A stretch of 64,000 nucleotides of DNA from Lingula anatina (Eukaryota; Animalia; Brachiopoda): the NCBI GenBank assembly GCA_051362555.1, contig CM120644.1:20420534-20484533 (forward strand), written 5' to 3'. The position numbers were made by a program, and so were the translations under genes. How positions within the stretch are numbered: position 1 is the first letter of the stretch; every line of letters begins with the position of its first letter. This document shows, one piece after another, positions 37,623 to 51,055 of this stretch. The notes under the pieces were generated by a model that was not told where the DNA came from, did no database searches, and saw nothing but the letters and a program-made list of their open reading frames with translations.

Positions 37623-39912
37623 AGGTGTTTTCCTGTGACTTGGAAGGGGAGACTGAATACATTCATTCTTCAAGATTTTGTTAATCTGATCAATGTCACC
37701 TTTTATGATCCACCAATGTGTAGGGATAGTCATCACATGATCATTGCCTGGCTTATACAGTTTATTACTTTTAAAATTTTGTTTGTAAGTGAATTGGTCT
37801 GCTCAGTTGTTTGTTACTTGGGAAATATTCTCAAAGGTACATTGGTCTGCTTTTTTGTTTGTAGTCACTTCTTTGGTCATTGATAGCGGCCACAGTTTTT
37901 GAGATTTTGGTTTATAAAATTATTGCCTATTATGATGAACCCTAGAAACTTTTGTAAGGACCATTTTGTCTACATGCAAAAAATTCTCAACATTTTTTAA
38001 ATTAACAGCCCATTGATAATTTTTAAAAATTATGAACTATTTAATATTTGGGAAAAACAATATCATCCATCAGGTCCTCTGGCATTTCAGTGGGTCATGA
38101 CCTGTCAGACAGACAGTTTCCTTATGGCTGAGAATGACACAGTTATTATTATAATTAAATGAACTGAAGTGTCTTGTAGTTCATGAGGAATTAGTAAATC
38201 ATGAGAACCAGCACTCAATGTTTGTTTTCGGAAATTCATATAAATTTACGAAAGAGCAAGTTCGTGTGTCAGAAACTTAACAAACTAAAGAAAAGATGTT
38301 TTTCAAATTGTCAGGTGAGCCCACTGGATGTACTGTAGTCCGTGTTACATGTAGCATTAGACTGGGAGTCTAAAGGCACTTAGTCTTATGCAGATACATT
38401 GGATGGCAACCCTACATTTTAGCCCCCCCCCCCCAAAAAAAAGAAAAAAAAACAACCTTTGAATCCACTTTTGAAGTTCAAGTACACAACAAAGAGTGAA
38501 GAGTGTTTGTAATGTATATTAACAGAAGTCTCAAATGTGTTATGTAACAAAATGGAGGCAGTAGATAAGCAATAGCTGACCACAAGCAAGATGGTAAATA
38601 CTGTTGACAGTCACGTCTAGGAGGTTCTCACTAACTTTGTCCAGGTACAGTTAATTTATTGCTATATACAAATGCCATAATGTTTTAGTGACCATTAGTA
38701 CTTAAAATCATGGGCCAAAATGCATATTAGCAAGAGATTGCAGTACTTCCATTGTGTATAATGACTTAAAATGTATAATAGTTAGGAATTTAGGAATTGC
38801 TGACGATCCTCTGTGTAGAATAACATTGCCATAATATAAATGACCTTGCATGAATAATTGCCACTACCAGAATATATATGAACGTGTATGACGATTATAG
38901 AAAAGTAGTTACACAGGTGTAATCATAATAATGCTTAATTTAGATAAGTCACCATGTATTTGGCTATGGTGATCTCTGGCCTCACATTGTATGTTATCTG
39001 TTGAATATTAAATTGGCCAATTGTGTACTGTTGGAACTGTGTATTTAAGCTTAGCCATTCTGTGGCCAAGGCAGACACCCAATAAAGTGTTGAACTGAGG
39101 AGTTCTCTCTTTGTTCTGACAGTAGTATCAACACAACTTGATTTTAGAAATGACATTGTCCAGCTCTCTTTCTTGTCTATTGTTTTCACAAGAGTTGACT
39201 GCTGCATAAAGTCATGCATGCACTGATATTAACAAGAATGTATCTTCATCTTATCTTATTATTTTTTCTGTGTACAGTTATTGAAGACATTTAGAAATCT
39301 CAAAAGACAATGTCTTTGAACTCAACTGAATATCAATTTAATAAAATTAATGTAGTTGAAAAACATCACGTTAAAGAACTTGCACAGTAAAGAGTATTGT
39401 TGGAGTTATGGTTCTGCATTTTTTTTATCACTTGCAAGAGGAAAACATTAATTTACTTGCAATTAAATTGGACATAGGATGTTTTTTAATGGAATCATTA
39501 TACTGCAGTAAGCCCAAGTCTACAAGATCTTTTACCATCAAACAAAACAAATCTAATCATGTAATAATCAACTTCAATTTATTAAATTACTATATAAATT
39601 TATTTTAAAAGGAACATTAAATTTTAGTGACATTTGCATTTAACTGTCTCTCAATCTAAAAAGACAACAGTATTTAACTGTACATCAACTTAAGTCTGAG
39701 GCCGTTTCTGGTGAATTTTGCATGCACAAAGTGTTTGTCATTAAAATTGGAATGTTTTCAAAACTTATATCTACTGTGTGTAATGACAGCTTTGATATGA
39801 CCTAATGCACTTTAAAATCCCAACTTCATGAATTAGATACCAGGGTACTTGGCAGTAAGCCTCCCATCCTACCCTTCTGCAAATGATATGCAGGCTATGT
39901 GACCTTTTGTTG

Positions 39913-40157
39913 GATATTTACTTTCTCCTGACCACCACAGCCACCATCCAAGTAGCCAGTCCAACCCATAAAGATGTTTACTTTCTCCTGACCACCACAG
40001 CCACCATCCAAGTAGCCAGTCCAATCCATAAAGATGTTTACTTTCTCCTGACCACCACAGCTACCATCCAAGTAGGCAGTCCAATCCATAAAGATGTTTA
40101 CTTTCTCCTGACCACCACAGCCACCATCCAAGTAGCCAGTCCAATCCATAAAGATAT
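39913..40157. repeat. 60-bp tandem repeat x4 overlapping the DCAKD C-terminus and stop codon
   Basis: Units start at 39913, 39973, 40033 and 40093: GATGTTTACTTTCTCCTGACCACCACAGCCACCATCCAAGTAGCCAGTCCAATCCATAAA. Confidence 0.95.
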
Positions 40158-43100
40158 TACAAAAAGCACAAAGATCCTTACTTTTAAGTGCTTGTTTGAA
40201 GCCCTAAATTCCAAGAACAAGGCTTTTGTCCTGCTGCTAGTCTTCTGAATTGACCCAGTATTGTCTATGATGTGTGTGGCTTTCTTGCACTTCTCTTCCA
40301 AAGGCATTTGGGCTTGTATTCTCAGCTTAGCTTGGCTTTCTGTGAGGCCATCCCTGGCCATTAGCCTCTTCAACTGGGTCTCCTTGTCACTGAAGTAAAG
40401 CAAATTTAAAGGTTTTTAAATAATAATAATAATAATTAAGAGGTAATTTTATTTGCAACTTAAAGTAGTTGGATTGTGCAATAAGTCATATAAATTGATA
40501 TAATTAATTAAAATAAAATTTAATGATATATAATGACAGAGAGTTTAAATAAATGAAAGTGGAATACAGAGGATATTTATGATGCATTGAAAGTTCTATT
40601 TGAATCATATTAAAAGGCTAGTAAATTTACAAATTATTCAATGCCCAAGGTATGAATGCCTTTGAAGATCTGACAGATCTCATTTTTATTTCATCAACTT
40701 TCCAATAAAATCTTGCTGAATATGATGGCTTGATATTTTTCTCATTTCCTTATTTTATTCGAGTTTCCTTTCATAACTTTTCATCATTCTAAAATGCAAT
40801 ATTTTTGAAGGTATATAATTGGTGTTTGAAAATGTGCCAAAGTCATATTTGCCATTTTCTAAGATTTTTAATCTAATACTCCGCACTTACAATTTTGTTA
40901 TGTGGACAATGCTATGTCTCCCTCTCAGAGACTTAAGGACCATTCCCAGACCCTATCCTACTAAATGTGGATCATTCTATCTCCGAGGGGATTCTCGCTA
41001 AATTGCAATAAACTTAAGCGGCTTACATGTCTGTCACACCTACTGAAGCTGCTAGGGGGTAATTAATTAAGGTTTATCAGCTTCAGTAGGAATGCCAGAC
41101 ATATAAGTAGCTTAAGCTGAAAGCAATTTATCCTGAAACCCCTCAGAGATGGATTAATCCTATTAGCGTACTAGCAGGATTGATCTAACTCTGAGGGGAT
41201 TCACACTAAATTGCATTCAGTTTAAGCAACTTAAATGTTTGTCATGCCCATTAAGCTGTGGGGGGGGGGTTTTAACTTTCATGCATGCTTCAACTAATGC
41301 AACTTAGCGAGAACCCCCCGAAGATAGATCAATCCTGCTAGTATGACAGGGTATGGGAATGGTTCCTTACATGTAATTCAGCTGGTCTAGTAAGAAAACA
41401 GATGGACTACATGTATTCTCAGTCTTGTTAGTTGATCAGTCCCATGTGAAATGGGACAGGATGACTCACATGCATAGCATTATTCTGTAAAGCTGCTTAT
41501 CTGTCCTAATTAAAACCACTCAATTGAAAGTGTCACTGATGTCGATATTTCTTTTTGCAATTTCTTTTTCATGTCAACTGTAGTTCAGGCCTGCAGGCCA
41601 GCAGTTCATAATAATACATAGAAATAATAATAATGAGCTGGCTGATATGGCAACAACACATTACAAATGTTATGTATACAAATTTACTTATCAAAACAAA
41701 ATCCTCTTTTAATTAGAAATGGTATGAAACATCTAATCCTAGTGTATGGGATGAGTAGTGGATTGATTCATGGATTGGAAAAAAAAAAAAGATTTGGAAG
41801 ATAAATTTCACTTGGCAAGAAAATGCCAGATAACTACACTCTACCAAGGATGCATATTATATTAGTTATGTGTTTTTTGGAAATCTGGATTCCAAAGTAA
41901 TTAAATCTGCTCATGGATAGGGGCCATTGCATCTGTTCTGTTGTAGCTAAACTTAGCATCAATCTACTTGCTGCTTGTTACACAACCTGTTCTTCACTCA
42001 TCTGTCTGCTGAAATAAGTCACATGTTTGGGAACATGCTTGGCTGTCACCTTAATTGGTTAGTGGACATAGGGATGAAATGAGAAAATTGATGAAGTTTC
42101 CTGGAAAATTCATTTTTACTATATAAAGGTCTAGCCCACATTGTATGCCTTTAAGGCACATGAGGTTGGTTGGCTGGTGATCTGATGGCTATTTTTATTG
42201 TACCACCAGCGTTAGCGCTGGCGGTACACATGGTTTTAGTCCCGTCCAGATCGTTCTGCCGGCTCCACCGGCTCCGCCGGCCAGCTACCATTACCGCTTC
42301 TCCTCCTAGACGGTAAGGGCCTCCGTACCCATCTCTTGAATTTAGGTCACCTATAATCTCAACTCGTTCCACGTAAATTTTGGGCTTTGTCGGTATTGGG
42401 GTCTAGGTGTGGCACTCATTGCAATGCACCCTTGTCTAAAAATGGCAAAATTAAATGCTAATTATCTACCCTATGGAAGGAATTATGGGAAAATTTTCTA
42501 CAGACGGCTTTCCAAAAGTCATATGTGTAGATTTCAAATATGCCCTTGAATTTGACCTTTGACCTTTATTTCAAGGTCAAACAGGCCAAAATTAAAAAAA
42601 AAAAAAAATTTTTTTACAAAAAAAAAAAATGTTTTGCCCTGTTATTCAGACACCACACAGACTTAACCAATAATATTATTGGAAAGTGTTACCCTTCAGG
42701 TCATCTTTCATCTCCGTGAATTTGGGGTCAATCGGTGCATTTTCACGGGAGTAGCAGCCATAAGATACCGAAACTGAAAACTGTCTCTAATTCGGGACCC
42801 GTTAATGCTAGAGACCCATTTTTTTTTTGCATTTTGTAGAGCATATAAAGCCCAACACTGGAGGTGGTCTCTGTTTTTTTGTATTCCATACGGTTTTCGA
42901 GTTACGCTGTATCAAAAAGTACATATTGGTGGTGAAAGCAAAATGTGCAGTACGGTAATGGATAATAAATTTTGAACTCCAGAAAAATAAAACATAAGGC
43001 TTGGCGAGGCTGACAACCTGTGGTCAAAAATGACATTATTTCATCAAATTTGAACATCTGGAACTTCAGAGCACCTCCCATTTCAAGAATTTTGACCAAA

Positions 43101-46100
43101 ATGACCTTTTCTTTATTTTAATTAATTTTTTCTGTACAAAATTTATGGCACATTATTGTAACTCCAAAATTATAACATTTAGTCCCTTATATCTCCAAAA
43201 CTGGCAGAGATAGGTCCATAGTTACTATTGAAGTTGAATAGGAAATCATATACTGGCAATCTAAATGTGACCATGAAATTAACCTTTGACCTACTTTTAA
43301 CCCTGAACTGAACTTTGCAAATTTTGGTTCCCTTTTATTTCCAAAACTGCCAAGATACGCCCATAGTTATGATTGAATTTGAATAGGAAGTCATATACTG
43401 GCAATCTAAGTGTGACCTTGAAATTTACGTTTGACCTACTTTTTATCATGAATTAAAGTTTACAAATTTTGGTTCCCTTTTATCTCCAAAACTGGCAGAG
43501 ATAGGTCCATAGTTGCTATTGAACTTGAATAGGAAGTCATATACTGGAAATTTACTGACCTATCTTACTATGAACTGAACTTTGATTGTACCATTTTTAG
43601 TTATATATATTTTTTTGCATATTTTGAGAATTCTTGTTGATTGCATTTTTTACAGCTTGTCAAGCACAAGACTGGTGGTGGTGTCCCTTTTTTGTGTGTG
43701 GGGGGGTCTATACGATCGCACTTACCCCAGCTGGTGGTACAATATTCGGAGGCGGTATAGCCTCTCTGATCCTCTAGTTTTATTTGTATTTTATCGCGTG
43801 CGGACCAAGTTTTGTTTAAGAAACTTCTGCTGTGTATATATGGTGATTTTATGAAAACTTCAAATAATACTTACCTAATGTTGATCATTTTTCTTCCTTT
43901 TTGCATCATGATAGACTAGTGTGGTATTTTAAAATAGTTTTCTGAGGTTTTTAGTTCTATTGACCAGTCAAGGTGACAGCTGAGATCAAGTACAGGATTT
44001 CAAATGCATTCTCAGTTGTTGAACTTAACTGAGGACAATTATAACTTTTAAAACATAAAATGACAGGTAAATGGCCTTAATCGATATAGTAAAAAAAAAA
44101 AAAATCATATTCACCGCACCCTTTCAAACCTTGGTAGTCAGCCATCTTAACAAGGTTTGAAAAGATTTACTGTACGAGAATTGATATCTAGAAGCGAGTC
44201 GGTGGAAATAAATGGTGAAAATGAAAAACCTCCATTTATGCATGGGTTTTGTTCTTTGAGCGGATTCTCAACGAATTAAGCCAGGCTTTACAAAGCCGGT
44301 GACCTAAAAATGGCGGACGTACATGAAAGAAAAACCGCCTAATCTTTTAATAGTCTCTCCGCCTCCCCACACGTCGTCCCTGCGGGGTACAGTAATTAAA
44401 TCGCGTCTCCGTTCGCCATGCGGAAGCTACCTGAGAAATATTAAGTGCGCATGCTCATCAGTTAAACTCGTGGTAAAGAAAGCATGGCGGCTGAAGGCGA
44501 TCGAAGGAAAAAAGCTCTTCTGTTCTATTATCTTTGAAAACAGAGACGAAAAAGGAATAATTTGGCCCGTAGAGCAGCAATGAATCGACTATCTACGGAG
44601 ATAATATCACCAGAGATATTCACGGAAATATTAATGTTCGGAGCCAAGATTTAATTACTGTACCCCGCAGGGGAGGCGTGTGAGAGGCGGAGAGACTATT
44701 AAAAGATTAGGTGGTTTTTCTTTCATGTACGTCCGCCATATTTAGGTCACCGGCTTTGTAAAGCCTGGCTTAATTCGTTGAGAATGCGCTCTTTGTCTTA
44801 TTTCAATATTGTGACAGAGTTTCAGGAAAGGAAGATTAAAAGTTGGTTAATACAGGAAAAAATGTCATTTACCCCAGGATAATTTGTTAAATATGAATTT
44901 TGGCACTAAAATCCACTTTTGTGTAGCTTTAAAGTCAGAGCAACTAACTGCCTTGATTGCAGTCAGAGGGATTTGGCAGGGATTTGTGAACTTGCAGTGC
45001 CTAAGTATTTATGCAAACAATTATCATTCTTGTAATTATCCTTGAGATGTCATCATATGGTCATAGAAGAGAACGTAATGAATTAACAGAGGCATATCTG
45101 TGAATGTATCTAAGACTAGGTTCCCATCCTTAGATTGATCTAACAGGATCCATCTCCACGGGGTCCCTTGCTAAATTGCTTTCAGCCCAACGCCTACTAA
45201 AACTGCTTAACGGTAGTTAATTACATGATATGTATCAGCCTAAGCAGTAACGGTAGTTAATTAATGATATGTATCAACCTAAGCAGTAACGGTAGTTAAT
45301 TAATGATATGTATCAGCCTAAGCAGGTGTGACAGACATCTAAGCTGCCCAAGTTAATTGCAATTAAGCGAGAATCCCCTCGTGGATAGTCCGATCCAAAG
45401 TTAGTTTGATAGGGTCTGGGAATGGCCTCAAAGTGAAAAATATGTGGCCCTGGTGGAGGTTATGTAATAGATAGTCCCCAAGTCAACGAGGGTTATGTGG
45501 CATTCACGAGTGCGTAGCACGAGTGGATGTCACATAACCCTCGCTGACGTGGGATCTATCTTATTTAGACCACGGTCCATTAGCAGTTTATAACGCATTC
45601 ATGCGAGAAGTGTGGTTACGCAAGTTACACCACGTCTGAGTCTTTTGTTCTTTACTTCCACTGTGGTCTAAGAAATAGGATACCTTTAAACAAAATGACC
45701 ATCTGCAGAAAAGTAATGTATAAACCTTCAACTTACCAAGAGACCACAACAATCTCACTGAGATAAGGCACTGTGTTTCCTGTCTCAAACAGTAGGGGGA
45801 AGTCAAGGATGATAAATTGGTGACCTAGAAATAATTAAAATTAATAGTGACTATGAAAATGTTTACAAAGTTCTTAAAGTTCAAGTTTTATTGTTGAAGT
45901 TCTTCTAACCTACATGTACTTAAAATATATAAAGTGTTTTCAAATTTATTGACAATATTAATATCATGAATCAAATTTTAAAAGGGCTGATAGTGAAAAA
46001 ATGTGTTTTAATCAAAGGCACATAAAATACATATTCTGATAGGTTGGTTTCTAGTGGTAAGCTCTTTGTGATTGCTGAGGTAATTGTAACACATGGATAG

Positions 46101-49100
46101 TTCACCAAAATGCAAGGTGACAAAAAACAGCATGTAGCAAAATTGTATGGCATCTGGGTGCTGTAATAATGGATACCCATATAAAACAAGACATCAAGTG
46201 CGTGCTACCAATTCTAGACCTCCATTACCTGAACAGCTATGAACAACATTTTAACACCTATTTAATCACAACAATAACCATGGAATCTGGTGCCAGGTAA
46301 GGTTTTTAAAGGGTAACTTCTGACTTTAATTGGTTTAGCTTTGTAATTTTGCAACCAGTTAATTTTTACCTTTAACTTTTCAATTTTTTCTAAGGCTATG
46401 GAATTACCATGTTCTGGCCAACTGCATGCGATCAATTCAAAGATATCAACAGACTTCAGATGTGTAAGTATTCTTCAAAGCAGTTTTAGCAGTTTAACTT
46501 TTTAAAAATTGGCAAAATTGTTTTATCTAAATTTCCAAGTCTTTTATTTACCTCTTCTCTTTTATACAAACAATCTTAACACTATTTTATTGGTTTAAGA
46601 ACATTGAACAATAGTGTGTTTATTGAAATTAATGTCTCCTTTCACTTGGACATTTAGGATTTATTAAGGATTGTGCATAGTATGATTAATTGTATTTTTC
46701 ATGACTTTATGCTTTTTTCTAGATGGAGTGGACAGGACAGATGAAGACGGTTCGAAATCTGGAATTTTTGTACAATTTTTATATGATTAATAAAGTACAA
46801 TATATGTTCATTGTTGATAACAGATTTAATAATAATAATAATAATAATAATCTTTATTGGAGAATCGCAACCCGAAGGTTGAAGTTATACAATTATATAT
46901 GAATATCCAAGTCAAGGAAGCCTGGTCATTTTTGCACTGGTGCACTCTGTAGACGGTCTCACCTCCCTGGGGAGCATACAGCTCGGCTGCCATATTAGGC
47001 GCTCATAGCTAATATATCATTTCTGCACTGCCTGACCAGGCCCCTGCTTCAACCCCTTAGTGCTGAGTGCCAAGCGGGGAGACAGCAGGTACCGTTTATA
47101 AAGGACTGGTATGTCCCCGGATGGGTTTTGAACCCACGTCCTCCCGCTCCGGAGGCGGATACTCTAACCACAAGGCCATCCGGTCGGTCAAAATAGAATT
47201 TAGAATACTTGTGCTCATTGACTTACCTGCTTCTGAAAAATATTATTGTAACCATTCTTATATGCAAAAATTTCTTACTGTGGAAAACCATTTTCAACTG
47301 AATTTACCTAATTTGTCTCTGCTTAAAGTTGTTTGCATTTGACTTCATATGCACCTAAGTACCTGTATATGAAAGTTTCATAAACAATTCAGATCAAGTG
47401 TACAGGAGGTATGTGCAAGTAGTGAGCAGAAGGTGTGTAGGTAGTGTGCAGGAGGTGTGAAAGTAGTGTGCAGGAGGTATGCAGGTATGTGTAGATGGTA
47501 TGCAAGTAATGTGCAGGAGGTGTGCAGGTATGTGTAGTAGGTGTGCAGGTAGTGTGCAGGAGGTATGCAGGTAGTGTGTAGATGGTATGCAAGTAATGTG
47601 CAGGAGGTGTGCAGGTATGTGTAGTAGGTGTGCAGGTAGTGTGCAGGAAGTATGCAGGTAGTGTGTAGATGGTATGCAAGTAGTGTGCAGGAGGTATGCA
47701 GGTAGTGTGTAGTAGGTGTGCAGGTAGTGTGCAGGAGGTATGCAGGTAGTGTGTAGTAGGTGTGCAGGTAGTGTGCAGGAGGTATGCAGGTAGTGTGTAG
47801 ATGGTATGCAAGTAGTGTGCAGGAGGTATGCAGGTTGTGTGTAGTAGGTGTGCAGGTAGTGTGCAGGAGGTATGCAGGTAGTGTGTAGATGGTATGCAAG
47901 TAGTGTGCAGGAGGTATGCAGGTTGTGTGTAGTAGGTGTGCAGGTAGTGTGCAGGAGGTATGCAGGTAGTGTGTAGATGGTATGAAGGTAGTGTGCAGGA
48001 GGTATGCAGGTAGTGTGTAGATGGTATGCAGGTAGTGTGCAGGAGGTATGCAGGTAGTGTGTAGTAGGTGTGCAGGTAGTGTGTAGGAGGTATGCAGGTA
48101 GTGTGTAGATGGTATGCAGGTAGTGTGTATATGGTATGCAAGTAGTGTGTAGGAGGTATGCAGGTAGTATGTAGATGGTATGCAGGTAGTGTGTAGGAGG
48201 TATGCAGGTAGTGTGTAGGTGGTATGCAGGTAGTGTGTAGGAGGTATGCAGGTATGTGTAGGAGGTATGCAGGTAGTGTGTAGATGGTATGCAAGTAGTG
48301 TGTAGGAGGTATGCAGGTAGTGTGTAGGAGGTATGCAGGTAGTGTGTAGGAGGTATGCAGGTATGTGTAGGAGGTATGCAGGTAGTGTGTAGATGGTATG
48401 CAAGTAGTGTGTAGGAGGTATGCAGGTATGTGTAGGAGGTATGCAGGTATGTGTAGGAGGTATGCAGGTAGTGTGTAGATGGTATGCAAGTAGTGTGTAG
48501 GAGGTATGCAGGTATGTGTAGGAGGTATGCAGGTAGTGTGTAGGAGGTATGCAGGTAGTGTGTAGGAGGTATGCAGGTATGTGTAGGAGGTATGCAGGTA
48601 GTGTGCAGGAGGTATGCAGGTAGTGTGCAGGAGGTATGCAGGTAGTGTGTAGATGGTATGCAAGTAGTGTGTAGGAGGTATGCAAGTAGTGTGCTTTAAA
48701 TTATTACGTTAATGTAAGAATATAAAAGAGTAATATTAAAAACAAGGCAGCAAAGCTGTCAAATGTACAGACAAATAGCAGAAAATAATGATGCACAAAA
48801 TTTTGATGCTATAGTACATTGTGCTTTTACGCTCATGTGAGTTCAAATTTAGACACTGAAAATGTGAAAAAAAAAATGAAATTTCACAAAAATGCATATA
48901 TATTCATGAAAGAAAAAATCCAATAAAGATGTTTTTCCAATCTAGGCTGTATGTCAATCCTAAGAATAAATCTTTAAAGTTACAAAATAATAAGTAACAC
49001 ATCTTTCCTTTCACAGTGTTTGTAGTAGCAGTGCACCAGATATTTTGGTCCATTTTAATACAATATCACATAATGATTAACTGCATATATATAATTACCA

Positions 49101-50996
49101 CTAATTTTTAATTGTCTACTACAAGGACATTCAGAAAATGTAACTACCATACAGCTTCATGCCCATGGGAATTTTAAGTCCCACATCAAAATTGCCACGA
49201 CCAATTTTTAATAATATACAGCAATAACATGGATATTCAACATGTAACTACAGGATAGTAAAGGTCTTTAGGTGCATGGAAGCTCAAAGCTACACCTTGA
49301 AAACGGCAGATGCAGATGATGGCTATATGAACAGAAGTATCTATATCTGTACATTAAAACACATCTCAAGATAATCTAGAAGTAAATAATTATATGTAAA
49401 CCATCCATAAGATTGGCTTCTAAATATTCATTGGAGCTTTTCAACTTTTAATTAAGATTTGTACATGTAACCATCTATTTTGTTTTGTTACCATGTTTGG
49501 AATCAGTAGTACTGTCATTTTTATATGATCAACTAAGAAAATTGTTTACATATGAAAAATATCAAAAGAACAATTATAAATGTCCAACTTGCTCCATTCT
49601 GAGATTCTATACATAGTGAAGGACTGAATATGACAAACTGTAATGAAATGAGTTTATTTCAATTTTTGAAACTTTATTACACAATAAAACGATAAAAGGT
49701 TTACCATTATTTTTACATAATCAACTAACAATATTGTTAAGAAGAAGAAAATGTCAAAAGAACACTTTTACATATCTAATTAGTTCAGTAATGAGACTGT
49801 TTACATGCCTAAGAATCAAATCTGAAGAAAAACCACTTATATATACAAAAGGCACAACTTCATCAAAACTTAACCGATCAAGCTTATTTTTGAACTTGAT
49901 CTGTCAATTAATCAGACTGATCACTATGAGATGCAAGACAACAGGCTGATCAGTTTTCCTGGAAATGTGTTATCAGTGTTGCATACACGCTGAAAAAAGC
50001 AAAAAAAAAACAAAAAAAAACAGCATAACTTTTAAAAAAATGGCCCAATCATGCTGATTTTCGAGCCTTATCTTCATTTAAGGAATATTCATCAGTGCTG
50101 TAAGTTTAAAGCCAAAAGGTAAAACAGATTACCACTTACCATGTTATAGGTGTTGTACATATGCTTAAACAAGGCAGCAAAGCTGTCAAATGTACAGACA
50201 AAAAACAGAAAATAAAGATGCAAAAAAGGTCATTTTGTCAATTTTGATGCAAAAATAAATATTATTATAGCACTATCAGTCAACATTGAATTTTAATCAT
50301 GCACAACAGGTAACATGGTCAATAACAGGAGCGGACCCTGAGATATTTTCTGACAGTATTCCAAAGTATCTATGTTGATCCATCCTCCATTTTGATGGTC
50401 TTCCAACAGAAAAAAAGATACCAGTCAATATAAACTTAATAACCTCACTGTCTTCCGGAGGACTGAGAAGATGGTCTCAATCCACCCCTTAAATAAGATT
50501 ACAGTTTCAGGACCATGAGAGACCAAAGTCACATGATGAAAGTCTCAATATTTGAAAAAATGATGATAGTGCATAAAATAATATTACATTTTATTACATT
50601 ATTATGTTTATTTAAAGACATAAAAAACAACTGCTTATGTGGAAATACAGAAAATGTGCAGAGTCTCAGGTGGATGAGAGTTAAAAGTCACAAATGCAGT
50701 GTTTGAGAAAAAATTATAAAAGAAACATAACAAAACTAGAAAAGCACTCTGAGAGTGCAGACCTCTGCCAAGGCAGCAATTGTTGATTATTATTGATTGA
50801 TTATTGAGCCAGACCACCACCAAAAACTAATCATTGTCCTCTTTGGCCCACTTCTGACAGTTCCTGAAAATTTCAGCAAAATCGGTCCATAACTTTTGAG
50901 TTATGTTGATGACAGACAAACCATAACCTCCTAGGCAGAGCCTGAGGTAAATATAATTCCAATGAAGCTGCTATTCAAACTTTTAATCTTCAAGTT

Positions 50997-51055
<59 letters not shown>

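Noticed and set aside
47110-47189. tRNA gene
   Set aside because: A and B boxes are present, but the sequence continues into a SINE body and tail rather than ending at a Pol III terminator, and the acceptor stem is poor.
47378-48685. 435- and 424-aa His/Thr/Tyr-rich ORFs
   Set aside because: Translations of a minisatellite open in overlapping frames; no domain or credible exon boundaries.
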